Below are positions 50,550 through 63,174 of a DNA stretch of 64,000 nt, in pieces. Source of the stretch: Corythoichthys intestinalis (Eukaryota). Position 1 is the stretch's first letter; each line of letters starts with the position of its first letter. The notes under the pieces are model-generated. The model saw only the letters and a program-made list of their open reading frames with translations, had not been told where the DNA came from and did no database searches. The position numbers were made by a program, and so were the translations under genes. The DNA lies in the NCBI RefSeq assembly GCF_030265065.1, contig NC_080406.1:15977094-16041093 (forward strand), read 5' to 3'.

Positions 50550-51046
50550 AGTCGCGCCTCGATGGATGTCTGGCCTGCTTCGCAACCTGCGCGTCGGCTC
50601 CAAAAACCTCTGGCGGGATCGCTATCCGAGCGTTCGAGTGGATTCAAATGCTCGAAGCGGACGTATTGTTCAAACGGGGGAGCGTTTGCCCACCGAATGT
50701 CGGCGTTCTAGCTAAAACCTTTCCATGTTTATCCCTTTACGTCGCTCGCAAAAATGCCAAGCTTGGAAGTTTCGGCCAAACTGAACAAGGACCAGCTCCC
50801 AAACCCAATCTCCGTCTTCAGCCTCATTTTGGAAAATTTACAAAACTGACCTCTGATCGGTCCTCTGAGGGAGACGGCCCACGTCAACCCCCTGGTGTCT
50901 ACGGGGTCCTAAACACCTCCGATTCTCCATTTCATGCTAATACAGCTGTCAATACTTACACCGAAATAAACATTTTGGGTGAATTAAAAAGATAGAATGC
51001 CTTAATAAGAAATTTAGACTATATTAAAAAGCTGGACTCACGTTAC

Positions 51047-51146
51047 CTTTCATGTGTAAACAGAAGAATGTGGCGAGAATGGACAGGGTTACGGTGGTAA
51101 ACAAGAAGACGAGCGTCTGAACGGTATGCAGCATGTTATCGTTCAT
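51047..51146 (-). CDS. naxd: naxd exon 1 (signal/targeting peptide: [MNDN]MLHTVQTLVFLFTTVTLSILATFFCLHMK), donor AAAG|gtaacg
   Basis: A hydrophobic N-terminal segment ends in a phase-1 donor that joins exactly to the phase of exon 2, giving …HMK-V-FERRYSL… Human exon 1 likewise encodes the targeting peptide that ends …PLDAV|LERAFSL. In-frame ATGs sit at 51146 and 51134. Confidence 0.55.
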
Positions 51147-51299
51147 TGACAGTCATGCTAGCCGCCGACACACGAGGTTTTCCACAAAAGGAGATTCGAA
51201 CTACGGAATTCTATCTGCTTACCTAAACTCCAAGTTCGTATCAATGCTGTCAACTGTGAATAAATACGCCTGGTCATGAGGCTTTCCTTAGCCACAGCA

Positions 51300-51890
51300 A
51301 TACAGGAAGAAATAGTTCACGATGCGTTCAAATACTACTCGGAAAATATCAAATCCACTCCAAAGCTGCCGTACATCGACAACCATTTTGTGACATAAAA
51401 CTCGAAATTTATAGAGGTAGATGTGTGTCTGTATTATTAACTTTTTTAAAAAGTTGCTTTAAAAAACTTGACTTCAATCAAAAAAAAAAAAAAAAAAAAA
51501 AAAAAAAACACACCAAAAAAAAAGTTTTCAAATGGATTTTTTTTGTTTTAAATTTATTTTGGCATCCAATTTTTTAATTCACATACATAAATATTTTATG
51601 ATGACAGAAATAGTTCACGATGCGTTCAAATACTAATCGGAAAATATCAAAACCACTCCAAAGCTGCCATACACCGACAACCATTTTGTGAGATAAAAAT
51701 CGAAATTATAGAAGTAAATGTGTGTCTGTATTATTAAATTTTTAAAAAGCTGCTTCAAAAAACGTGACTTCAATAAAAATAAAAAAATAAAACGCTAAAA
51801 AAAAATGTTTTCAAATGCATTTTTTTTTTAGTTTAAAATTTATTTTTGCATCCACTTTTTTTTTATTCACATTCATATGGCGGAAAACAC
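51300..51890. repeat. Tandem duplication of two ~300-bp units in the naxd upstream region
   Basis: agaaatagttcacgatgcgttcaaatacta(c/a)tcggaaaatatcaaa…ccattttgtga(c/g)ataaaa…gtctgtattattaa… occurs twice in tandem. Confidence 0.75.
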
Positions 51891-52186
51891 TCAGGTGACT
51901 TGAATTTCCACACCGAGACCCCCAATTTAGCCAACTTTCAAAATTGTCGGATATACATGTGTGATACATCATTGCAAAGCTTAAAATCTGTATTTTCTGG
52001 GGGAGGGCAAAATTTTGAACAGGAGGGCATTTTTTTTTATTCAAAAAAATGTTTTTTAAACAGCAAAACCCCATCTGGAGGTGATAGAACGCGAGAGCAG
52101 AATTACAGACGCCATGACTTTAACGATATATTATCGCGAACTTACCGTTTCGATCCAAAAAGTCTATGTAGCATGCATCACCGAGA
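51885..52186 (-). mobile_element. Repeat family D, copy D (5' ~300 bp only), truncated by a MITE family E terminus at 52190
   Basis: atatggcggaaaacactcaggtgacttgaat… is collinear with the start of copy A. Confidence 0.6.
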
Positions 52187-52475
52187 CTAGAGCTGCAGCT
52201 ATCGAATATTTTAGTAATCGAGTAATCGACTGAAAATTCTATCGATTAATCGAGTAATTGGATAAAACAAATATATTTTTAGGTAAAGAGCAATTATAAA
52301 TATACATGAGAAAACAAGACATTTCATCTAATCTTGAACCATTTTCAGTCAATCAATGTCTTTATTTTCGATGTATATTGTTGAAAACAGCCAACAACTG
52401 CATCTCAGATGTAACTAGAATTTGGAAAAATTCTAATTCACTGCTTTCACTCAAAAAACCTTTAGATCTTATTTA

Positions 52476-52603
<128 letters not shown>

Positions 52604-53464
52604 CTAAAATTGCCGTTACGCTAGATAACACACATCACTTAAAAGTTAGGATTTTTTCCCACGTATTTCAATTGAATTTCTATTTGTGTCAAGCCATTTT
52701 TAAGTTCTAGTTAAGTTTTAAGTTAGTCTAAATTGTAAGTCCTGATAGGATTTTGAGTTTTTGCAGTGTTCAAAATAAATGTATGATACAGGCTGTATTG
52801 GAGCATATTAGGGTCCAGTGCTACTTGGTGTTTTATCCAGCAATGACTACTGAGCTAAAATTGATATTTAGCATTATTGAGTTTTTATTTTACACCCTCA
52901 TCACTCCACAACGCTATGTTATGTTAAAGCCTGTATGTAAGGCACGTTAGCCACGCATCGACAGTGGTCATAATTAATAGAAACCTAGCCCTCCGCAGGG
53001 CTAACGTACGTGAGCTATTGACAGCAATGTTAATCTTTATTTATTAGCGCTTAGCGCTCTACTGCTTTAAGATGGCGGCTGTTTACTAACGCTGCCCAGA
53101 CGCGGCCGAGTCTGTCATTTTGCATCTAGTTCAACATACATGTGATCTCTATGAGACTCATCAGACGCTACCTGCTACCAACGTAGCATCGTGCGGGCAA
53201 GTATTTACTATTTAGCAACGTCGGCGTCGTTTGTAGCGGCTGTCGGTTGCTGTAAGTTTTTTTTTTTTGCCGTCCTTAGGGACGGTATGACCGAAAATTT
53301 TTGCGGTTTTGAAACCTTGACGTTTTCATACTACAGTATACCTTGAAATCGGTAATCGGCAGATGTCAGAAATTGTGACAATACCTCACGTCAGTGATGT
53401 CAAAGTGTAACTGCTGCTCATGAATAGCTAAATATCAGCCTAAGTGTCCTTATGAACTTATAGA

Positions 53465-53990
53465 ACTCATCACCTTTTAGTGCTATTGACAATAATTGAT
53501 GTCCAAATACGTTTGAGCGAGGAGAGCTCACTGCCTGCCATCCCTGTTCCAATAGATTGGGCTTCTATCAGCCTTAGGTTGCATTCAGACTGCAGGCATC
53601 TCTGATTATAATCGGACTCCTCCTCAAATCAGATTTTTAGGGCTGGCAGTTCACACTATTTTTAGCAAGTGTCCAAATAAGATCTGGGCCTGTTCAGACT
53701 AGGCCCCATTATTGACACACCTGACAGGTTGCTGTGGCAACGAAGGCGTCATCCACCATAGAGTGACATCACGGACAGTCAAAACCCATCTGGGCTGTTA
53801 AGACTGAGAAGCATCTTGTCCATATGTGATATGAATAAACCTCCCGTATGTGGTTTCAGTCGGTCTCGCAAATATCAGATTTCTGCTTTGTGACTGTTCA
53901 GACCACAAAAGAGCAGTCCAGTTTCAATCTGGATGGGCTAAATATCTGATTTTAGCTGCTAGCCGGAAAGAGCTCGAATGTTTTAACTCT
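53465..53990. repeat. Hairpin MITE family C copy (53465-53580) followed by repeat family G copy 2 (53575-53990)
   Basis: See family C and family G above. Confidence 0.55.
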
Positions 53991-54665
53991 TGGGCTAGTG
54001 CCTATTTTTGCTACAGTAACTAAAAAACAAAACAAAAGCAAAATTAACCCTATTAAGACCTGCCGTCGCTGTCCACATACATCGACATAGACCAGTCACC
54101 ACGTTATTAACATTTGCTATACAAGTGTGACCTACAAGACCCAAAATATGATGTCAACATAAGTGGACGCTTGGGTCTCAATTAAAATTATGTTATTCTT
54201 ATAGTTATTTTTATGGGGGGTGGGGGGGGGGGCAGAAAAAAAGAGAGAAGGACAGAAAGACCAAAGAAGCACAAACAACAATAAGAAATACATTGAACGC
54301 CTACATTAACTATGAATATGTTGGTGCTATTGTTAGCTAGTTGTATTTCCAGTTGACGCCATGTGGGGGGCCTGATGACCAAGAAAACAGAAATGGGGAG
54401 GGGGGGAGTCAGAAAGATAATTGATTGGAAGGGGTGAAGTGTACACAAATCAGCCATGTGAGGTGTAGAACCCAGTATTTGTGTGAATCCCTTGTGAGTG
54501 TGGATATGTTGGCATCCTAATGTATGCTGCCTGATCGCTCATCCTGAAACCGAGTTTCTCTACTTGAGCGCAGCCCATCCCTCCTCCCGCAGTGCCATAT
54601 ATATGTATTTATGTTATTCATTACTATTATTATCATTATTAATCATTATTGTATTTTTGTAATAA

Positions 54666-56318
54666 ATATGGCGGAAAACAGACAAGACTGAGAGAGCAGT
54701 TTCTGCTCATGCACTCCTCTTTAAAATAAACTGCTGTATTTTAAGCCAAAAGACCTGTTGTATTTGATAGAACAATATGTCAAAATGCTGCCATGGCAGA
54801 TTCATGGCGCATTAAGCCCCTGAACTATTTTTAATTTTTTTCCGTTTTACCCTGGAAACCCCAGTTTACAGACGTCGTGCAACCGCTTTTGTTTCAACCT
54901 AGCCATAAAAAGAAGGTAAGTAATCATATTTATTATTCGAAATTTCTGTCATTTTTAGCTTAGAATCACTAACACTAGAAGTACCATGGGTGTCCCATTT
55001 ACCTGGGATTATACCCAAAGGTGTCCCATTTTGGGACACCTTGGGATCCACGCCCAAGCCTAGCCTAGCCTTTGTTTTGTAAATGGGGCCATTACTTATG
55101 CACCACCTGCCGCATTCCATTTCTATTTTTCTTCCCACACCCCTTGGCCTTTCAAACAAAGCAATTAGGAGTAGGGCTTGAAACGTCAACCCTACGAATT
55201 GGGACCTCTCTTTACACTCACGTACGTCATACGTCCGTTCGGCCAGTTGTTACGTAACCAAAAAGCGACGATAAAAAGTGCACTTGTGCTTTTAGCAAAA
55301 CTGAAAAACAAAACAAACCTTACAAATGAAGAAACACAGTGAATAATAAACTAACATTAAAATTAGTGGTGTCGATTTTTTATTTATTACACCCCTAATT
55401 AGTGCACTTTTTATTGTGATGAATCTTTTTTAACTATTACTTTTCTGACTGAAGAAAACACATTGAGAGTAGATAATACTGGTCATCAGCTGTTAGAATA
55501 TTATTTGGATGCATCAAGCTTGTTTCATTTAATTTAACTAATGTCTAATATTTCGTTTAAAAAAAAAAATCGACTTTGGATAAAGTTTCAACTTAAAAAA
55601 TTAGTCACTCGCATATTTTAAACTTTTAAACAAATTACGTCATGAAAAAAATGGCGTCTGTAAAAAAGTCACGGATATCTACCTCATAACTGTCGCTTAA
55701 TTGTATTTTTTGTTACTGTCGCATTTTCTCCGATATGTTAGATGATAAATAATCGATCCAAGCAAAGAAAAATTGAAGAAGAAGAAAAAAAAAGTTTAAA
55801 ACGGTAAATATATGAAAAAGAACATCTCGACCACTCCTTGATGTCTGCGATTTCTGCATCGCGACCCTTGTTATAATACCATATTTCACCCATAAAATCC
55901 CCAAAAGATCCAGCTGTGGCCATTCACATCTGTGTCTTGACACTCGGCGATACATGCTACATGGAGTTTATGGATGGAAACAAGGTAAGTACGCGATAAT
56001 ATCTCGCTAAAGTCATGGCGTCTTTAATTCTGCTCTCTCATGCTCTCACCATCAGATAGGGTTTTGCTGTTTGATTTTTTTTAATGCCCTTCTTAATCTT
56101 TTTATTTTTTTACATGGTAATGTGCACTTTGAGATTTGTCAAATGTGAAGTGCGTTATAAATAAAATGTATTATTATTATTATTATCCTGTTCAAAAATT
56201 TTCTTCCCCCAGAAAATTGAGATTTTAAGCTTTCCAATTATGTATCACACATGCATATCGGACAATTTTGAAAGTCTCAGAGCGGAACTTCAAGTCACCT
56301 GAGTGTTTTCCGCCATAT
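54666..56318 (+). mobile_element. Repeat family D, copy C, carrying a ~560-bp internal insertion (~54975-55535) relative to copy B
   Basis: The termini match atatggcggaaaaca… and …gagtgttttccgccatat, and the flanks of the insertion are collinear with copy B. Confidence 0.7.
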
Positions 56319-56460
56319 ATATGTTTTAAATAATCCCATAATACAACAATAAACAATAATATAATAATAATACTTTTTAAATTTCCATAAAAGCATTTTT
56401 CCTATTGACAACGACAGGCGCCCACGAATGTCCTGTCCCGCCCCTTTGACGATAATACTG

Positions 56461-56468
56461 TATATAAA
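56461..56468 (+). promoter_or_regulatory. rab20: TATA box (tatataaa) with an upstream GC box (cccgcccc, 56439) and a downstream E-box (cacgtg, 56512), the likely rab20 core promoter
   Basis: The motifs lie ~400 bp upstream of the rab20 ATG on the same strand. Confidence 0.45.
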
Positions 56469-56867
56469 GTCATTTTTATTAGTCTTTATTTCGTACGTCA
56501 AAAAATGTGAATACACGTGAAGTACTCCTCTTCACAACAACAAACGATTCAAAGGCGAAAAACCTCAAAAAAAAAATTTTTTTTTTCTTCAAGTAATTTT
56601 CGATCCTATTTGTCTGTAGGCTCGTCTGCCTCGCCAGCCTTGAACCTGCGAGGCCGAAATGAGGACAAAGTTCCCGAATTACAACTTCCTGTTTCACCTC
56701 ACTTCTCGTCGCAACCACTCAAAAGTGCGAGCGCAGATTTCAGGATGAGTAGAAGTCGCTGCCACATTCTTCAATGTTGTCAACTGAGAAATGGCGCTTG
56801 TTCGCTTAACATTCGCCACTTTTAAAATCTAGATTGTGTGAACGGTTGTGCTGTGACTCCGGCGAAC

Positions 56868-57057
56868 ATGCCCGAGTCTTCGAAGATGAGGAAGCCCGAC
56901 GTGAAGGTGGTGCTTTTGGGCGACATGAACGTGGGCAAGACGTCTCTTCTCCACAGGTACACGGAGAGGAAGTTTAAAGACACGGTCAGCACCGTCGGAG
57001 GGGCATTCTTCCTCAAACAGTGGGGACCCTACAACGTGTCCATATGGGACACTGCCG
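56868..57057 (+). CDS. rab20: rab20 exon 1: M(PESSKM)RKPDVKVVLLGDMNVGKTSLLHRYTERKFKDTVSTVGGAFFLKQWGPYNVSIWDTAG, donor gtaatc
   Basis: Near-identical to human RAB20 residues 1-60 (MRKPDSKIVLLGDMNVGKTSLLQRYMERRFPDTVSTVGGAFYLKQWRSYNISIWDTAG). A second in-frame ATG at 56886 reproduces the human start. Exon 2 is not in the window. Confidence 0.85.
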
Positions 57058-58106
57058 GTAATCTTGCTGTTCTAACTTCTAATGTCTTTGTTTTTCCGTT
57101 GGTGTACTCGGTGTGCCTGCTCAGTGGCGCGTTATTTCTCGGTTGAGGCAATCACTGGCATGTGATGTGACACGGATGGGAAATCGGCTCTCGTGGCAAC
57201 TTAAGAACATAAACCTGTGGTGATTCACTGGCCAAGGATTTAGCAAAACTGACACAATCCTGATTTAAAGCTCAATACAGTGTACCATAGCTGATAATAA
57301 AAATGAGGACTCAAGATTGTAGCACCAAAAATGTTATATTTATTTTCCCAAGCTCCGCTTAATTTGCTGGATAGACGAATCAGAGTTGCTAAAAGTTTTT
57401 TTCTTTTTTACATTGGCCAACCAGTAACTTCCATTTGCAACCTTGAAACTAGGAAACACATCAACAACTTTCCTACTGTTTTAATATGGGGCGCCGTTTG
57501 TAAAGCAGCACATGCTGAAAACTACGACATTTTCTCAAATTTAGCGTCACACAGTGTTGAAAACGTGGTGTGAAATTTTTAGAGTCACTTTTTTTTGCAC
57601 ATTTACAACATTATTTAGCAACCTAAACATTCATTTTTAAATAAGAAGTTTTGGACCTGAATGATTAAACCCAGAACTAAATATTTAATTTAAATCTTAA
57701 ATTTATATCCTATATCCTAAATGCTAAATCTGAAAACGGTTGGAACTAAATATTAACTTAATATGCAAATTCACATGACTGGAGACCGGAAGTCATATTT
57801 AGGGAGGTAGCCGGGCGGTCATTTTGAATTTGTTTTGTGAGGTTTGCTGAAAAAGTAATCATAAATAAAAACACTGACAGAATAAGAATCGTCAGGGAAA
57901 GAACCACCGGTACTTTGCATTAAAATGTATAGCTAAATATTGTTTCCAATGACCATTTATGAAAATATAAAATAGGATCAGTCTATAGACCCTACTCACC
58001 AACGTCACAGAATGACGTGTCGCTGTATCCGGCCGCCATATTGTTTCTCTCTGTTTAGCCCTATTCTCAATGGTTTCAATTAGTCGTTCAGTTTATAGAG
58101 CAATTC

Positions 58107-58379
58107 ATGGAAGCCCCGGTGCTTTCAGACGCTGTAAACTCATTGGATGCGTTGCATAAAAGGCGTTATGTGGAAAAGCTTCAGTCTATCCATTCGCCAG
58201 ATCCATATTTGATGCCTAAATCGATATTTTTCGACCCGCTGTCTTCGCCCTCTCTGCCTGACATCTGCTACCCTGATATCTACAACTATCTTGTCCACAC
58301 AAAATCAGCCTATTCTCACGAAAGTTTGAAAAACTTTAAGAGCAGCACTCTAAGCAACATTACCCTGTGTGATTTCTAA
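58107..58379 (+). other. Unassigned 90-aa ORF (…PDICYPDIYNYLVHTKSAYSHESLKNFKSSTLSNITLCDF); possibly the N-terminus of a transposase-derived or BED/THAP-associated gene
   Basis: Supported only by ORF length and composition; no confident homology. Confidence 0.2.
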
Positions 58380-59021
58380 AATGGCGACAATCAAAAAAAA
58401 AAAAAAGTTGACTGCGATGGCCGTGGATATTGGACTACTTTTTCAATAAAAAACGCAACAACTTTGTCTGCCTCATTTGCAAAGAGACAGTCGCTGTTTT
58501 TTAAAGAGTTCGATGTGACGCGATAATATTACCGAACAAGACACACTGACATGTACGACATTACAGGGAAGATACGCAGCGAGAAATTATAGCAACTTGA
58601 AGCTAATTTAATTTCACAGCAGCAGTATTTCGCAAGAGCCCGAGGGTCGAAAGAGAACGCCACAAAGGCTAGATTGTTGAAATTATGAATTAAAAAAAAA
58701 TAATAATAAAGCAAATGTGACACACAGAAGGGCTTGCTAAAATTTCTACGTAAATCAGCCCAGGTAGCCCCCCACATTTTTACCACACCAAATCTGGCCC
58801 CCTTTGCAAAAAGTTTGGACACCCCTGTTTAACCGATGATCCGTAGACGAGGCCAGTTTCTTTCACTTGTTACCAGCTAAATATTATTCAAAAAATAAAG
58901 ATGGTGGAAGAAATAAGCATCTTGAATTTGAAACGGTATGTTGTCGGCGATTAGCCTAGCAATGATCTTAATTGTGGTTGTCAGCCCAAAACCCTCTAAA
59001 TATATATTAAATGCATCTTAC

Positions 59022-59199
59022 CAGATATAAAATGACTACTACATAATCTGTGGTAACCGTTTGGAGCCCAGTTTTCTCGTCGAATTGCAGCAGTCCATCT
59101 CGCTCTCCTCTCCGGGTCTCTCGGATTACGGTAGAACCTCAAGTCTCTCCGTCTATCTTCGCTGTTATTGCAACCGACCGCCACACACGCCTTCACCAT
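59022..59199 (-). CDS. First coding exon of a THAP-domain protein (MVKACVAVGCNNSEDRRRDLRFYRNPRDPERRARWTAAIRRENWAPNGYHRLCSSHFISG), donor CTG|gtaaga
   Basis: The C2CH THAP signature (C-x2-C … W … C-x2-H-F) is present, with ATG at 59199-59197. A CRE-like tgacgtca lies 110 bp upstream at 59308. Confidence 0.55.
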
Positions 59200-60507
59200 T
59201 TTGATTATTAATGTGAACGAGCAGAAAACACGCCATAATAGGAGGAATTTACGTAGCAGTAATGCATCAACAACGACGAGTTGACGGACAATATGGCGCG
59301 GGGGCGTGGTTGTGACGTCATGTGAGTAGGGTCTATATTCACGGAGGACTACAGAAATCAGATAAATACTGTTAATAAAGTGGATTGCAATGGTAGTACA
59401 ATATTATCATCGGAATTAAAATCTCTAAATCTATGTGGAAAAATTCCGCCTCTACAGTTGGAAACAGGCCGTCATTGTCCACTTTCACTCATCCTGGCAA
59501 TTGATTATTCAAGCTGCCATTTGCTTTGACATAGGGCTTCTGTTCCCAATCTGAAAGATAATACCGCCTCATCACGATGTTGACTGAACGTGTTTTCCGT
59601 GACATTAGTCATAACGCAGACCGCTATGTAAACAGGATTTAGGAAAAATACTTGACTAAGGCAAGATAAGAAATGCTCGGCGAGTCACTTCCTGCCAAGA
59701 CTTATGTTCTGGTTTATCGGGTCACTTTGGCTGTGGGATGTTTTGAAAATAAACAAGCCGCTGTCTGACCTTTTCAATTGAACAGCTGAGTTTCAACGTG
59801 GTTCAGTTTAAGGAGGTCTCCCAGTTCCTCTTAACTGTCACATGACGGTGACATGACCGGAAGACTTTATGCCTCAGTTAGCTAGTTCAACAAGTGCGAG
59901 AAAGCCTTATTTATTAAAGAAATACCTTTGCATCCACATCAGATTCCAGGAAATCATTGCGATGTAGAAGTTTAGAAGATCCAGAAAGAGAGAGGGCCAT
60001 TGGATGAATTAGAATTAGTTTCACTTTCATTTCTCCTCAAATGTGGATTACAAAAGCAGGAATGAGTATGTGAAATTGGTTAGAATTGGATAAGTAGTTT
60101 GAGTTAAAGTTGAAGCTGAGAAGGGAATTAAAGATGCACAGTCATTTGAGTTCAATGGTGGACCAGGAGTTCTGAAATTAAACTAATGAATACCAACATA
60201 AACATAAATAATTAAATGTGTTATTAAATATGTAATTTCTCGGAATGTCCCGATCGCATATTTTGCACCCGAGTCACCTGATTTTATGAATCCGCTGATA
60301 CCGAGTCCATATCTGATACCGAAAAAATATTTTTTTGGCCTATATACATTGCCCTAAATAAATATCTTTTTCACTACACGAAATGCCCACTTTGCACACA
60401 ATGCATCTCCCTGTTCGATAGTAAAATATATCTACACAGGACTCTAGCAGCTACTCATTATGTTTACGCGTTAGCTTCCAAAACGTGCTCCCATATGGGC
60501 TGTTGGC

Positions 60508-61070
60508 CCGAATATAAGACGGCCCTGGTTATAAGACGACCCCCACTTTTTCAAGACTCAAGTTTGAAAAAAGACTTTTTGAACAGCTAATTAATTTTTA
60601 TACAGAAAACAATTTCAGTACATCCGAAACAAATGATTATAACAATATGTTTAAGAGAAAAAGCGTGTTATTTTGCCTCGTTCAAATCTTAATATCTGAA
60701 CATTTAAATATGTAAACTAAAGTGCAATCACATTCGTAGATGAATGGCTTCTAGTTTTTGAAATGTAAATAAACCAATCTGTTGTGATAAAACCAAAAAA
60801 TTGCAATAACTGCATTAACTATCAAAGTGAAGTCTAACTGTAACTGTGGTCTTGAAACAAATCTGAATAAGGAAAAACATTGCAATAAAATAATGCAAAC
60901 TGGTTAGACTTGAGAGTAGCAGAGATCTGTCATGACAGAACATCGCTTTAATGATATCTGGTGCCATCTAGCGTCGTGAATGGGTATAACGTCTAGACCG
61001 CGAATATAAGATGACCCCCCACTTTTTCAGTCCTATTTCAATGCAAAAAACACCGTCTTATATTCGGGCC
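60508..61070. mobile_element. MITE family A, copy 4
   Basis: Same TIRs and interior as copies 1-3. Confidence 0.75.
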
Positions 61071-62394
61071 AATACGGTACTTCTTCCACTTTTTCCGTGA
61101 GTGTTGCGGATTATAAAACGTATATATTTTAGTTTCTTTTGGCATTGCCATTGTATTTCTGGATTATTTTGTTAATTTTTAGCCTGTAACAATACTTAAT
61201 TGTTTTTTAAATTAAAAACCCGATCTTTTTACCCCAATTCTGATCCTCTGAAAAATGGCCCAATTTCCGATCACATATTCAGACCGGGGACGTCCTTAGT
61301 TACTTCAGTATTTAAATATTTGGTTACATTTCAATGTCTTTTTCCTTTATTGTTTTTCTTTCAATCATTTGAATAAAATATTTCCGCCTTTATTTTTATA
61401 AATTCTGTAACATGTACCGTTTTTATATATTTCCAGTAATCCTAAATTACTGTCAATTATTTATTTCATTATTACAATTTTTTATTTCATGCTTCGCTAG
61501 GGGACAGAGTGATTTCCAGAATGAAATTAATACAAAGTGAACTATGTAAAGATTGAAATAATTTAGTGCTGCAACGATTAATCGATTAACTTGAGTAAAT
61601 CGATTAGAAAAAAGATTCAAATCAAATTTTACTGGTCCGAGTCTTCGTTTAATTACAATGGCGTTTTAATGGTTTGTTTTGAAAGTTTTTGCATTTAGGG
61701 TTTTTTTTTATTTGGGTGGATACACAGCCCTCTAGTGGCAAGAGTGAATATGACATAACACAGTTCACATGGCTGAATCCAGTTGCTCCCTGTTCAGACC
61801 AACATAAGCCAAGTTTTTGTGTGAGCTAATGTTTTTTTTTTTTATTTTTTAATGCAGTCGTAATTTAGTTTATAGGTGTATTTAGCCGTTTGTTGTGGGA
61901 ATATGTTTTGAACCATTTGTTAAGAGCATTGTAAAAAGAAACAAAAAACCTTAGCATTTTAAAGCATTTAAGCTAGCTAGCTAGACTTTTGGCCAATTGT
62001 TCTTTTGTTGTACTCTGATCCTCATTTATTTATTTATTTTTTTTACTGTTTGAGGCTCAGCTCAGGTATTTTGATTTCTTTACGTTCCTTATCCAATTAT
62101 TCGAACTAACTAGTTCATCAATAAATCCACTACTAAAATAATCGATACCTGCAGCCCTAAAATAATTACCAAGACATAAAATGAACAAAAACAAATGTTG
62201 AAATAAAAATAAAAATAAATTCAAGTTGTTGTACAATTAAATATAAATACAAATTGAAACAAATAAAACTGAAATGAGTAAACGCTAGTAAATAAACACA
62301 AGTTGAAATGTTAAATATGAAATCAAACTTTAAATAAAGATCCACTAAATAATGAGATATTTATTTATGTATCTGTTTAATTCTGGCACTTCTG

Positions 62395-62620
62395 TTTCTC
62401 CATAGGTTGCCACTGACAGTTATAGATGTCCAATCTATTTGAACTGGGGGGGTGGCAGCGACTGCTTGCAGCCCTCCCACTTCAAATTAAGATTGGACAT
62501 CTACTAGTGACAAACTCTTAAAATTACAGCACAAAAATGACTGGACGCCACATGATTGTACAATCATGTTTCGGTCCAAAATAAATTGGCCACCTATTGC
62601 CGTCAATGGTAGCCAATGAG
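62395..62620. mobile_element. Hairpin MITE family C: a full palindromic copy (62395-62530) plus a terminal fragment (62580-62620)
   Basis: ccactgacagttatagatgtccaatctatttgaactgggggggtggcagcgactgcttgcagccctcccacttcaaattaagattggacatctactagtgac. Confidence 0.7.
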
Positions 62621-63174
62621 TTAAGAATGCCGGACTAACCGAGTAATGTCGATTGCAATAATAAAAAGCCTGTTGTGACTGTGCAGAGTTTTTGATGGCC
62701 TAATTGTGAGTCACTACACAGTTTCATTTCCACCAAAAATACATTTTTGAGTTATTATTTCTCAACAAAGCAGGCATTATGCAAACCAGGGAAAATGCAA
62801 AAGTCACTCACGGCACGTCACTTCCAGTCAAGTCAACAGACTCATTCAGGTGCGTGATTATTATGTGTACAAAAGTCTGCAGGTTACGTGAGGTCAAGTA
62901 AAGCTGGGCATGCTTAGGGCGTAACCATTTATTGTCAATTTATCGTTTTCGGATCATGATTTTAGGTTGCCAAAGCAATGTTTTATTTTTCGCAGCACTC
63001 ATAACTGATCCAGAATCTATTGCACCAACTGTTTTACATATATAAGTCGTCTAAATTGATATCATAACACACCATGAATGTATGTTTGATTAAAATCCTA
63101 AATTAATTAACGATTGGCGTTTTCATGCTGCTTGGAATTTTTTAAATTTCTGAATGTGTAGTTTTTTAAAATAT

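Noticed and set aside
43625-50603. ORF-track methionines at 50603, 44029, 56838 and 42786
   Set aside because: Checking the nucleotides shows that these starts are TTG or GTG, not ATG; the track evidently allows alternative starts. For the Myb/SANT gene the first real ATG is at 50549, and for rab20 it is at 56868 or 56886.
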